From NCBI GenBank assembly GCA_002269645.1, contig NIVC01004169.1, forward strand, positions 1 through 57,005: a stretch of DNA of 57,005 nucleotides. Direction: 5' to 3'. Source of the DNA: Macrostomum lignano (lineage: Eukaryota). The position numbers and the translations under genes are program-made. Below are positions 12,957 through 27,605 of this stretch, one piece after another. Below the pieces are notes generated by a model that was not told the DNA's origin, ran no database searches, and was given only the letters and a program-made list of their open reading frames with translations. The stretch's first letter is position 1. The number at the start of each line of letters is the position of its first letter.

Positions 12957-14766
12957 TCACTTTGCAGCGGCACGGCGTCCCCTGCGCAGCGGCCTCTGGC
13001 GCTGCTGCCCGTCGCGGAAGCCCTGCAGCGTTGGCGGCAGCCCGGCGCCGTCGACAACGCTGCTGCGCGGCTCAAAAACGTCGTCGCCAGCGGCGCAAGA
13101 CTCCACCTTGACGTCGACAACAACTTCGCGTCGGGCGCGGCGCTTTGGCGGAGCCGCCGTTGAAGCCGCAGCCGTCGCCAGCGAAGCGGCCGGTGCAGGC
13201 GCCCGCTTGGCGGCGCCGCGTTTGGCTCGGCCGGCCGCAGCGCCTCCGCCAGCGGCGCCCGACGGTCGAGGCGGCGTTCGCGTAAGACGCGGACGACTCG
13301 AGAACGGGTCCTCGGCCGGCGGCTCCTTGGCGGCTTTGGCGGCTGAGTTACGCCGCTTAACGGCGGATTTAGCAGCTTGCGGCTTGGCTTCCGGTTGCGG
13401 CTCCTGACAAAAGGAATTCAATTATTTACAGTAGCTCAACAGCCGCAGGTACTTCAAGATCACCAACATTCAATAACCTTCTGACGATAGGTTACCAGCC
13501 TAAAAATAAAACCGAAAAAAATTGATGCGACGGAACTGTTCGACAATCTTATTTGCTCTATTAGGATCGACAAGGCGCTGCTTTCGAATTCAAGCCACAA
13601 AAAATTTAAAGAAAATCACTTCTAGAAATAACTTTGGGCTACGAATAAATCGCGAATTCAAACAAAATAAAAAAACGACAACAGCACCTGTTTTCTCTGT
13701 TTCGGTGGCCCCGGTTTTGACGGCTTCTGTTCCGGCAGCTCCGGTTTCGGCAGCTCCGGTTTCGGCAGCTCCGGTTTCGGCAGCTCCGGTTTCGGCGGCT
13801 CCGGTTTCGGCAGCTCCGGTTTCGACGGCTCCGGTTTCGGCAGCTCCGGTTTCGACGGCTCCGGTTTCGACGCCAGCTGCGCAGCAAACAGCGACGCCTC
13901 GGCTGACTTTCCTGACGACGCCGCAGCCGCAGCTGCCGTCTGCTGGCTGCAGGCCGAGGTAAAGTTGAGCGGCCGCAGGGGGCTGCGGCGGATCAGGTCT
14001 CGCTGTGAGAACGGATCCGTGTAGGCCGTGAGCAACACGCTGAGCTGCTCACCGATGGTGGCCACCGAGGCTTCCAGCGGTCGTTCGTACTCGGACTCGA
14101 CAGTGGCCAACAGCTTCTGGCTGGCTGTGACCGACCTGCGCCAGGCGGGTAGTGGGGCAGTGGAACTGGTAAAGATGAAGCTGTATTAGCAAGGGCATGG
14201 GAATCTGGGAGGGTGGCGGTGGCCCAGCAACTGAGGTGACCACGAGAGAAGTAGAAGCAAGATAGTTTGCTTTCACAAGCTACAAATTTCACACTGTCGA
14301 AAAGTCCGGGCTGGTTACTTTCACTAGAGCGGTTGTGAAACGCCTCAAAGGATGAGGAGCAGCGGGTTGCCCACCTGTACAGGCAGTCCAGAGCGCGCAC
14401 ATTGTGAGAGTGCAGCTCATAGAGGGAGCCGCCGAGCAGCTGCTGCTGCCCCCCGGCGCCCTCCTTCAGCGCAGTCACTTGCTGCTGGAGCCGCAGGTTC
14501 TCCGCCTGCAGCTGGCGAACCTGCTGGTTGAGCTGCGCGATCTCCGCCAGGTGGCAGCCGCGCTCCTGGGCCAGGGCCCGGTTGTTCTCCCGCAGGCTGC
14601 GCACCACGCACTGGCTCAGGCAGCGGGGCGCCCGCCGGCCAACCGCCGCCAAGGCAGTCAGCGCCGACTTGCGCAGCGCCGGGCGAAGGGCGTGACGACG
14701 AGCCTGCGTTTGCTGCGGCGCTGGCGTGGCCTGGGAAGGCGGCTTTGTCATGGAGATCTGGAGCAT
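12957..14766 (-). CDS. Shugoshin-like protein, ~428 aa. Exons 14766-14375, 14135-13688, 13403-12957.
   Basis: N-terminal coiled coil SLRENNRALAQ...LQAENLRLQQQVTALK resembles the shugoshin N-terminal motif (human SGO2 SLKHNNRALAQ). Intron phases match (2/2, 0/0). The C-terminus is basic, but no intact SGO motif is in frame. Confidence 0.65.
13730..13875 (-). repeat. Coding 15-bp tandem repeat (PKPEL/SKPEP x ~9) in shugoshin-like exon 2
   Basis: CCGGTTTCGGCAGCT units on the + strand, in frame in exon 2. Confidence 0.9.
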
Positions 14767-14777
14767 GGATTCGGGAC

Positions 14778-15068
14778 TGGGAATGTAGCAGGCTGGTACT
14801 GTGAATGTAGCAGGCTGGTACTGTGAATGTAGCAGGCTGGTACTGTGAATGCAGCAGGCTGGTACTGTGAATGTAGCAGGCTGGTACTGTGAATGTAGCA
14901 GGCTGGTACTGTGAATGCAGCAGGCTGGTACTGCGAATGACTGTGAATGCAGCAGGCTGGTACTGCGAATGACTGTGAATGCAGCAGGTTGGTACTGCGA
15001 ATGACTATGAATGCAGCAGGCTGGTACTGTGAATGCAGCAGGCTGGTACTGTGAATGCAGCAGGCTGG
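14778..15068. repeat. 22-bp minisatellite GTGAATGTAGCAGGCTGGTACT, ~12 units (some with 9-bp insertions)
   Basis: Direct inspection. It begins ~12 nt upstream of the shugoshin-like ATG. Confidence 0.95.
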
Positions 15069-15089
15069 TTCTCTGAATGTTGAATGTTA

Positions 15090-15530
15090 GACTAAGGACT
15101 GTGAATTCTGCAGACTAAGGACTGTGAATTCTGCAGACTAAGGACTGTGAATTCTGCAGACTAAGGACTGTGAATTCTGCAGACTAAGGACTGTGAATTC
15201 TGCAGACTAAGGACTGTGAATTCTGCAGACTAAGGACTGTGAATTCTGCAGACTAAGGACTGTGAATTCTGCAGACTAAGGACTGTGAATTCTGCAGACT
15301 AAGGACTGTGAATTCTGCAGACTAAGGACTGTGAATTCTGCAGACTAAGGACTGTGAATTCTGCAGACTAAGGACTGTGAATTCTGCAGACTAAGGACTG
15401 TGAATTCTGCAGACTAAGGACTGTGAATTCTGCAGACTAAGGACTGTGAATTCTGCAGACTAAGGACTGTGAATTCTGCAGACTAAGGACTGTGAATTCT
15501 GCAGACTAAGGACTATGAATGCTGCAGACT
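15090..15530. repeat. 23-bp homogeneous minisatellite CTAAGGACTGTGAATTCTGCAGA, ~19 units
   Basis: Direct inspection. It shares the CTGTGAAT...GCAG core with the adjacent 22-bp array. Confidence 0.95.
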
Positions 15531-16218
15531 GCCTACGTGAATGCGGCATACTGAGGACAGTGAATGCTGCGGATTGGGGACAGTAAATGCAGCAGACTGG
15601 TCTTGTGAATACTACAGACTGAGAATGGTTTAGTACTTGTCGATGTCATAAATCTTCGGAACTCCTCCTATACTCTCACTAAAGCAGTTACAAAATAAGC
15701 CACGAAGAAAGGCTGAGGCTGTGCAGGACAGCAGCGCTTGGAAAGCAAAACGCAGCGCCGCAAAAAGCATGTTATTAAGGCTCGTACATTCCCAGGAGTT
15801 CTAATTATTCAGACCACAAATTATTTGAACACCAAAGCATATCAATAGAAAAGCATCAATAACTAGCAGTAATAATAATGTAGGGCCCATGTAGTTGGGG
15901 TGAATTAGCTGGAATACAAGCCGCAAAGTGTGAGCGGTACAGAAAACCGCATAAGTCTTATTATTCAATTAGGCGCAGTTGGTTCACAGCTGGGCAAAAC
16001 TGTCAGAGGACTCCAGGGGAATTAACAGAATCGTGAGAGATTGTGGGCAACTCTATAGACGAGTCCGTTTGCTGCTCCGAGCGTACGAACCAGCGCTTGC
16101 TATTGCGGTAAACAGAAAATCCACTACTGCAGGATATACATTGTACGAAATAAAGAGACGCTACCCGAACTTTCAACTGGTTGAGTTGGTAACCATGGTG
16201 ACAGAGTACAGCAGTTAT

Positions 16219-18756
<2,538 letters not shown>

Positions 18757-18907
18757 GTTGAGACCGCTAAGAGCAGAGGAGCGGGAGATAAGCGCGAGTT
18801 AGAGAAAGTTGTGCATTGGGGATCTGACAAAACAAGAAAGAAGATTTTTGTGTCTCATTTAAATCTGGATAAGATTTAGTTGTGTATATTGACTCACTGG
18901 CTATGTG

Positions 18908-18961
18908 AAACAGTCATTACATATAAAACAGTCATTACATATAAAACAGTCATTACATATA
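18908..18961. repeat. 18-bp unit AAAACAGTCATTACATAT x3, upstream of PSMC2
   Basis: Direct inspection. Confidence 0.85.
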
Positions 18962-19937
18962 AGTTTAAAACAAGCCACTAGCCAATTATGCTAGAAATTT
19001 CTAGTGTAAAATAAAAACTTATGATTTTTTGGGTTGCAATATGTGCCTGTGCACATTTAGCCTAAAAGCCTTGGTTGGTAAGTCACACATTCAAAACCAT
19101 ACTAGTTTACACTGGCTATGCAACTTAATTTTAAAAATACTTCTTTACTCCAGTAGCCAGTTGCAACACTCAAATGTTTTATTTATTTTTCCCCATGCAT
19201 TGGTCATGCATATTGAGAACTTTTTTAATATAAATGGAATCAATTATACTTGCAAAATTGAAAAAAATGTCCTAGAATAAATTTATGATCTAGACTACAC
19301 GCCAAAAATGGTAGAATACAAATTGTGGCTAAAATGAGATTATAAATGAAATTAAATATTTTTAGACTAATGCCCAAAGTTAAGATAAAATATTATACTT
19401 TTCAAATGACAATCTTTCTTAGACAAAAAGACTTACTTAAATAAGAACTCTAGACAAAATATCTTATACTCCACTTTAGAATATTTGTCTGAAATTGTTT
19501 CTGAAATCTACTGCATACCCAAAAAGAACTCATTTTTAGCATATTGGATTCCATTAGTATTAAAGTTAATTAAACCATATACCTTTTCACTTTCAGTTTT
19601 GAAATACCTGCAACCAATTTTAATAGGTTTGGAATCTGATTCTGACCCTTTTTGGCTGTGGCAGCTTTGGTTTTCAACCAGTTTCAACAAACTACAATAC
19701 AAATTTAATAGTTTGCATGTACTTCCAACATACAGTGAATCAGTTCTAACAGCTGCCAACCTATTCCATTAAGTACAATTTTGTAAAGCATCTTTTTCAG
19801 CCAATTGTAACAAATTATAATGGAGGTCTCATATTTACTTTGGTTTAAAAAAAGATGCTAGATTTCATTGAAGAAACCATTAAAACAAACTTAAGTGTGA
19901 CTTTAGCTGAGTTGAAAACTAGATTATATACTCAATG

Positions 19938-20129
19938 GGCTATATGCAGAAAGCTTAGTCTAGACTAGCTAGTCCAGACTTGGGTAGTTCAGTCTATGGT
20001 CTATGGTCTAGCTACCCTAGTTCTGTATATAGTAGACTAGTCTAACTTTGTGTTTTTGCATACCAAATCCAAGTCCAAACTAGCTTTTCAAGACTGGACT
20101 ACCCTAGACAGAGCTTTCTGCATACGGCC
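19938..20129. mobile_element. ~190-bp decayed MITE with GGC(CG/TA)TATGCAGAAAGCT terminal inverted repeats
   Basis: Left end GGCTATATGCAGAAAGCTTAGTCTAG; reverse complement of right end GGCCGTATGCAGAAAGCTCTGTCTAG. Confidence 0.6.
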
Positions 20130-22394
20130 TAATATCTTGACAAGTATGAGGTCTCCATTGCAACAATTGGTTAGTACCTTGAAAGGCTATTGTATATAAC
20201 AAAGCTTATAAAAAGTTGTTAATAGAGAGAAATTCATTGGCAAATCTGGAATAGCATTGTGCCTATTATGAGTAGTGGTGTAGTCCTACAATAATCATAG
20301 TTCAAAGATCCATATAGACAAGTTTGGCTTCAATTGTTAGACACAACACATGTAAAGACACATTTTTTAAGGCCAAAGGGTATATAGACTTATTACAAGT
20401 TTAAACTGTCTTTATTCATTGGTTTTTCTACATTGTATCTCTATGGGTTGGATTAATACACATCTAAATTTATTATTAGCATGACAAGAGTGTTTTGGTG
20501 AATTTTTCAATATCTTTCTTAGCTAGAGCCTAACAATATCCAATCTGCATTTTTGAATTGTTAGCATTTATTATTATCTTTTCTATGATAATATGAGTAA
20601 TTATAGTGATAGTAAAGACCAAGAAGTTGCTAGAGTTGTTTAAATGTTTCAGTCTATCTTAGTCTATTCTTGATATTAGTTAAGAATACAATTTCTACCT
20701 AGAAAGCTATTATCAAAGTCAAGCTTATAGGAAACATGGATATTTGTCATATTCCTAAACTATACCAACAACATTGACTAGACAAAATAAGGCTATCTAT
20801 TGGTAAGACCTTCTAGAAGCTATTACAAATAACACAGAATTAAATGTTATGATGCCTAACAATATATGGTAGCTCGTATAGCCACTGTTTGACCTATATA
20901 TATATATTACAATTGAATTGCAGTTATATCAAGTAATGACTAATACTTATAAATCATGGCTATAGCTTATAACTATCTAATCATATTGTGTTTATTTTAA
21001 TACTATTATATTTTTTAATAGGTTTAATTGATTTTTTCAATTTACTTATGATTGTATTGGCCTGTTTGTATAAATATTACTTATGAGCCCTTTGTATACT
21101 ATCATACATGCGCAACCTCCAAAATTTGGTCAGCCGTGCAACTTAGTTTTAACAAAAATGCGACATAGTTTGAGCATGTAAAAAAACTGTAAAGCAAAAT
21201 AATGCAGCATAGGGTAAACGGAAGGAGTAACTATGACTCTCTTATTAAGCCAAAATGCCTCATCAGCTACTTAGTACTACTACTTGGGTGTTTTTTGGGT
21301 GGGCATTTTTGCAACTTCCTTGGTTGGTCACCAAATTGGTCGGCCAGATCGGCTGACTTGGCCGACTGTTGCGCATGTATGTATACTATTTTAGTTTTAG
21401 AGGATGATAAGCATTTAAATACAAAAATTGTCTTAAAATGATTGTGTTCTAGAACTTATATATATTTGTATGTGTACTTAAAAGGAAATTAAACCAAATT
21501 GCAATAAAAATGCTAAGCACAGCCAGCAACCCCAGACAGCATCATCAGCAGCAGCCTTATTTATAATGTTTCACTCAAGAGAATATCACAACTAAAAGTG
21601 CTAGTGAAGTGAGCACTAGTTTAGTGTTAGGTGCCCCACTTTTGTCAGCAGTTCCCTGCGCCCTTTGAGCTGTTGACTGCCGCTGGTCGCAGCTCTCCCT
21701 CTCCCTTCCCTTTTTTCCTCTCCTGCAGAAAGGAAATGAACTAGAAAATGGGGACAAATGCCCTTTGGCCCCATTTGTCCTTTTGGCTGCCTGCATTTCT
21801 TCTCTTGCCCCCTTTTCTGGTTCCTCCGCCTTCCTAGTGTCTGAGCTTCTCCACTCAGCCTGCTCTTGGTTCATTGTCTATCTGGCCTCTCTCCCCTTTT
21901 CTTGTGTGGCTGCATTTGTTTAGTTTGAGTTCAGTGTTCAGGCTGTACTCTCCTTCTGGCTTGTACGATAGCAGATCACATGCCCTTAGGTGCTCTGTCC
22001 TTTTCTTGTGCTGCCTTGTGCAATCTTGGGTGTCAGTCTCTAAATTAGAAACAGTGTCCTTGCCTCCCCGGCAAGGCTCCGCGCTTGTTTCTAAAAATAG
22101 AACTGAATCATGCCAGGTTGGGGAGGTGCAGTGAGAGCGGCCTTGCGTACTCTGGTGCAATGGGGGATTGCACTGTATGGTGAAATTAATCTGCTATCCT
22201 ATAAGTACGGGCCTCTTGTGTCTCAGTTCTAGCAACCTTGGTTCTGTTCTGACCCTTCCTCTCACCTCTCTCTTGACTCCCCTTTATTTTATAAGTCTGG
22301 ACTAAGCATTGTCCTAACTTATAAGACTTGCGCATCTCATGCTAGCCTTTGCAAACTCCATTATAACTTTGGATCCATATTGACTGTGTGACTG

Positions 22395-22924
22395 CCACGG
22401 TTCGGATTGTGTAATAGTGTACGCTGGAACAAGAATCCTATCTCAGCTAAATGTATGCCAGTGTACGCCAAAAACAAAACAATTCCCTAAAATGTACGCC
22501 AAAAATTCCTCCTAAAAAAGGTCATTCAGTTTTCACAAGTAGAGTTTTATAGGAATGGCTTTCGTACAAAATTTTTTTTAAATATTACGAATATTTTCAT
22601 TTTAAACAAACTTAAGTTAAACCTACAGAAAAAAGAATGCAAAATTTACATTTTTAGCAATAATTTACACAAGTTTTATTCATTGTTAATTTTAAAAAAG
22701 CAAAAAGTTTATCACTGACTTTCTAGACTATATAAATTTTCCTTCATTTACATTACAATTTTTAATTTTTATACACAGCATGAATTTATGAAGGGTCACC
22801 AAAATTGGTATGCCAAAAATTTCTTGAGCTCAAAGTGGTACACCAAAGTGGTATGCCAAAATAGCCAAACTTTTCAATGGTATGCCAGAAAATTCCGGCT
22901 TACATGTAACCTTCCTGAGTGTGG
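22395..22924. mobile_element. CCAC/GGCGTA-family MITE, copy 2 (inverted relative to copies 1 and 3)
   Basis: TACGCC/TATGCC motif clusters at both ends; decayed palindrome TATGCCAGAAAATTCCGGCTTA near the right end; ends CCAC...GTGG. Confidence 0.65.
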
Positions 22925-23281
22925 TATGACTGAGCTTGTGCAGATAATCTCAACCCAGTTAACAAGAACTAGCACAGTTCCCAATCCCTGCACTTGAGCC
23001 TAGCAGGACTGCTGACAAGGTATGCACTGGTGCAAACTGTCAAATCTACATGGCATGCTGATTTCTTGAGTCTTGTTTATTTCGCTTAGCCTGGAGCCTC
23101 TCTCATTGAAGGACAAGATCTGAGTGAGCTGGTGGCAGCATTTACCAATGCTACTAAAAGCAACTAGGTTTCTTAGGAAAGTTGGCCAATAGTCTAAGTG
23201 ACTGATTGGGAAGTGAACAACAGTCTGTACTTCGCTAGTGGCAGTGGTAGGATTTCAAGACCTGCCAGGCTATCACTAGAC

Positions 23282-23871
23282 CTATAGTCAGGATGATGTA
23301 CATTACGCCAGAAATTTCCGGCGTACAATTGAAAATTTTACTTTTTTTGGCGTACAATTGGCATAAAAAAATGAGGCAAAATATATTTGGCGTACCTTTT
23401 GGCGTGACGCCATGGCGTAAATATGCCAAGCAGCATACGCCAACTCCAATCTTCACGCCAAAGTTAATATTAACAAATTGTTGGCATAACGCTGTAACCT
23501 CAGAATCTTATTATAAAATCATGAAAACCCTAAAACTCATAAGATGAAAGTTCATAACCATTGGTAATTTATAAAAATTTAAAATTCCACGCAAACTAAT
23601 TGTGTTAATTTTCTAAAAAAAACTTAAACAAAAAATTGATTTTTGTTGGCATTATCTGTAAGCCAATTTACTTTAAATGAAAACCACACATTTGTTAAAT
23701 TTTTATTGTTAAAAATGTGTAACACGCAAAAAAGGTCATTTATTGTCGCAAAGCCTAGAAAACCTGGCGTAAGTTCCTAGGACCTTGGCGTACGTTTCAG
23801 TATGAAGTGGCGCAGATTTTTTTAGGGGACTTTTTATTCCGGCATATACCATGACATGATCCTGACTATGG
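23282..23871. mobile_element. CCAC/GGCGTA-family MITE, copy 3
   Basis: TIRs CTATAGTCAGGATGATGT and ACATGATCCTGACTATGG; TACGCCAGAAATTTCCGGCGTA; many GGCGTA motifs. Confidence 0.72.
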
Positions 23872-24262
23872 CACTAGACCAACTAGACAAAGTATAAACA
23901 CTTCACTAAAAAATAAAAATTAGTTGCCAAATGTATTGTTAGATAATTGCTTATTAGTTGTTTATTAGTTAATTAATTAATTAGGAAAAAATTAAATAAA
24001 AGATCCATTGTTATTCATAAAATTTTATATTATTCACAAAAAATTGATTATTATATAGGTAGGTCTTGGCCTAATAGATGGGATATTGAATGTAGAATGT
24101 AGATTAGTAAAATCATAAAATGCCTTTTTAAAATAACTATATAAAACAAGCTTTTTGTTTACTAGTTAGGCCTTAGTCTAACTCCAAGTTTGACTTAATT
24201 AAGGTCTAATATCATTTATATTAGAATTAATAAATAAATAATCTTTTGATATCTATATTGGT

Positions 24263-25053
24263 ATAGGTTCAGATTTTTACTCTAAATTAATTTAACTTTT
24301 TTAACTTTTCAGCCAATGGCAGGCCAACCTACAGTGCCCATAACCATTGTACAGATACCTTCACTTCAGTCCAGTGATTGACAGCCAGATTGTATAGGAC
24401 AAAGCTGTTCTAAAGCTCTGCAGAAGGTACAATGGTTGTGGGCAATGCAGGTTGGCCTGCCATTCCTAAATGGAATTCTTGCAGAAAAATCACAATGCAT
24501 TATGCGATTGCGCGAAAAAAATGCGATTTTGTGTCAAAAAATCCGGAAAAAATGCGTCGCAGAATTTCAGACAAAATTGCTAATTCTTAATATATGCAAA
24601 AGTGCGCTTGAGATATAGGATTTTGCAAAAGATAATCCTACTAGCTAAGATCACAAAGAAAAAAAGAATAAAAAGTAGAAACTAAATAAGGCACAAAAGT
24701 AAAAATTCAAAAAAATTCTATAAAAAGTAGAAACTCGTAACATTCTTTAACATGCGTATTTGGACAAAAATTCAAATCACTACATTTTCTTAGAATGCAT
24801 TTTTCGTTATTGATATTAATTTTGAAGCTTTTATAGGTTCGGGCAATAGCTAAGCCATTAAAAAACTTGTTTTAACCATTTTGCAACATGCTAAGTACCA
24901 AAAAAAAATGCGACCAATAAAAATATTTTGCGCGCCATAAAAAAATTGCATAATTCCGTTTGACTTAAGAAATACAAAAAGTCCATCCTGGCTGCCATTG
25001 GCTAAAAAGTCGGAAAAAAGTTACAATAATTTAGAGTGGGAATCCGAAACTAT
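24263..25053. mobile_element. ~790-bp element with ~60-bp imperfect inverted arms (24263-24322 and 24992-25053), a probable old DNA transposon
   Basis: ACTCTAAATTA...AACTTTTTT...AGCCAATGGCAG present in both orientations; internal AAAAATGCG motifs. Confidence 0.55.
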
Positions 25054-25695
25054 TCCTCTATATCTTGTCTAGGCCTAATCTTAGGCCTAACTTTAACTTA
25101 ATAAATAAATAAATAAATAAATCATTTCTTTAGAAGTTTAGGTGGCTATGGGCTTATGACATGGATGAATGATTAGGCCTAAAATTTAAATAGAAAATGT
25201 CATCTTTTTATTTATAATTTATCACAAAAACACCCAACAAACAGCAAAAACGACAAATCAAGTCAGTAGTCGTAGACCTTAAGACCTACAATTAGGGCTC
25301 ACTCATAATAAATTCGAATTTCCTGGATGATAACTTCAATTTCAAAAGATGATGCTTAAAAGAAGCACCCAATAGGGTTATGCCAACGCTCGACTCTATA
25401 ACAAGGAAGATTCAACTCAAGTAGTCCTAGTCTACTCCTACAACTTCAAGTAGGACTTGAGTCTTCATTAGAGGACCAGTTTCGTGGAATAAGAGTGATT
25501 AGATGGTTTTTCATTTGTACATAGTCAGCTTGCAAATGATTTTTAAATTAAAAAATAAACAGCTTTTTAAGCTAGTCACTAAGTAAGAGTAATTTGACAT
25601 TGAATTTTTATCTTTGGAGCAAAACTACTTTTGACTTTGTTAAAATCATAACTATTTTTGTTCGTTGTAATTAAATTATGTCACTGAATACCCGG

Positions 25696-26059
25696 CGCCC
25701 CCCACCTCTAAAATTTTCTGGATTCGCGTCTGTCTGTTACCACTATCATGAATCAATGAAATTTATTGAAAAATTGTTTATTTGACTGGGTGCATGCTGA
25801 GTAATTAAATTACTAATTATTTTATTAATCTGAATCGTCTTTCATTGTATTAAAATTTAAAGTTTGTTGTGTTACTCTGGTCCAGCGAGCCATGGCCCCC
25901 TCAACTGGAACCTACAATAATGACACTATATTATTTTCGCAGGTTGCCTCCCGACGCCCCCCGCCTCTAAAATTTTCTGGATTGGCGTCTGTCTGTTACC
26001 ACTATCATGAATCAATGAAATTTATTGAAACATTGTTTATTTGACTGGGTGCATGCTGA
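25696..26059 (+). repeat. ~105-bp near-identical direct repeat (25696-25800 and 25955-26059)
   Basis: About 3 mismatches by eye. Confidence 0.92.
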
Positions 26060-26862
26060 TTTCAAGACCGAAAAAAACTTGCCTCTTCGTGGTCCTGGAT
26101 ATTATATATACTTACATTGCAATTGATTTCGGCGATAAGAAAACACAGCAAAGTCACTGCATGTACGACTATTTCTCAAGTATCTCTATTTTCGCAACAT
26201 ATGTTTGCATCTAATTCAAGTCAGTATGTGAATCTAGCTGTATCGTTCGGGGCGAGAAATTTGCGCATATCCACTGCAGTGTCATGGAGTTTATTCTCTA
26301 GCTGTTATATATAAAAATAAAATAAAGCTAATGGTGTGACGAATTTTAACGAGTGAATACACTGTATGCGGCTATTCAGTGACATGCTTAAAGCCTTCTC
26401 AAACGGCCCCAACTATCTATTGTCATGGCCAAAAAGCCATCTTTCACCGATAACGCGACCGTGCGGTAAATTCCAGCCAACCGCAGCAATTTCCCGCACG
26501 AATTCAAACTTGATATAATTTATTTCAAACTATACATGCATGTAATATTGTAATTTCAAACAATAAAACAAGCACAGACATGAAGCCTGATAACAAAACG
26601 AAGCAGCTTTTGTGACAAAACCGGTACATCAGGACAAGATGATACATGTACTTAGTGTAACACTACTGTCAGATGTGGCGTCGTTCAGATCTTGCCAAAT
26701 GCCTCTTTAACGTCCCGTAGAAATTAGCACAGTATGTTATTCAGATTCTCCTTCGTACAGGAAGTCTCTTTGAACTTCATCGCCGGCGGATATGCTAAAA
26801 CAACTTCCGAACGAGGCGAGGCCCTGCAAGTAGATAGCAGTACGTACCGTAATGTACATGCG

Positions 26863-26894
26863 CCTAACCCTAACCCTAACCCTAACCCTAACCC
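26863..26894. repeat. Interstitial telomere-type repeat (CCCTAA)~5
   Basis: CCTAACCCTAACCCTAACCCTAACCCTAACCC. Confidence 0.9.
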
Positions 26895-26983
26895 GTGGGC
26901 CACCGCGCCCCTTGGCCTATAAAAATACAGAGCGTGGAGGGTTTTGCCTCAATTGAGTTTACTCCAAAATAAGCGACTTGACT

Positions 26984-27605
26984 TCATTTACACTGGCCAG
27001 GTCCATCAATCTCCGGTAACAATGAGAAGAATCTTTTGCTTGCTTCGTCTAGATCTTTGTCAAAATTTCCAGAGATACCCAGTTGCTCATCAACCAGCGC
27101 CGTCACTCCATGCCAGTCCAAAGCCTGGTCTACGAGGGTATCTCCGTATCCGTAAGACCCAAAATCATTTCATTTGGTAATTTAGAGAGGTCAAGTCTAG
27201 TGGTTCGAGACATTTTCGGCTCTTGTATTTCACGTCTCGTCTCGTCTTTCTGGCCCCAACCAGACTTTAAGTCACCGCTCTTACAATCTCTTATAGTCTT
27301 AGTCTATAAAACTCCAGCTTCATGTAAAACCCATGTCAATTTTAGCTGTCTTCCCCCTCCTAGCGGTCAAGAGAAAAATCAAAATCAGGAGAAGGCTTCG
27401 CCAATAAATCAATGAATCTACCGCTTAGTTCCTTCGTGCGTGAATAGTCTATGGCACTCGTGCGCGTAGCGATAAATCGATCTACCATTTGCCATAAATT
27501 ATCAATATATGCAACCAACAAAGTTCTCTTTTTCTCCGTTAGTTTGCGTGCGTCCGCGAAATCAATCACAAACACATATGTATCGACGGAGTTAGGCTCG
27601 GTCAT
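26984..27605 (-). pseudogene. Possible degraded ORF of unknown family, with an F-box-like fragment
   Basis: Protein-like pieces in successive frames (MTEPNSVDTYVFVIDF..., ...RLDLSKLPNEMILG..., DQALDWHGVTALVDEQLG...) separated by stops and frameshifts. Confidence 0.25.

Noticed and set aside
21575-22160. ORFs in a CT-rich tract as a retroelement remnant, and the GTGCAAT-GGGGG-ATTGCAC hairpin at ~22155 as a Helitron end
   Set aside because: No RT, integrase or gag motifs, and no CTRR terminus after the hairpin.
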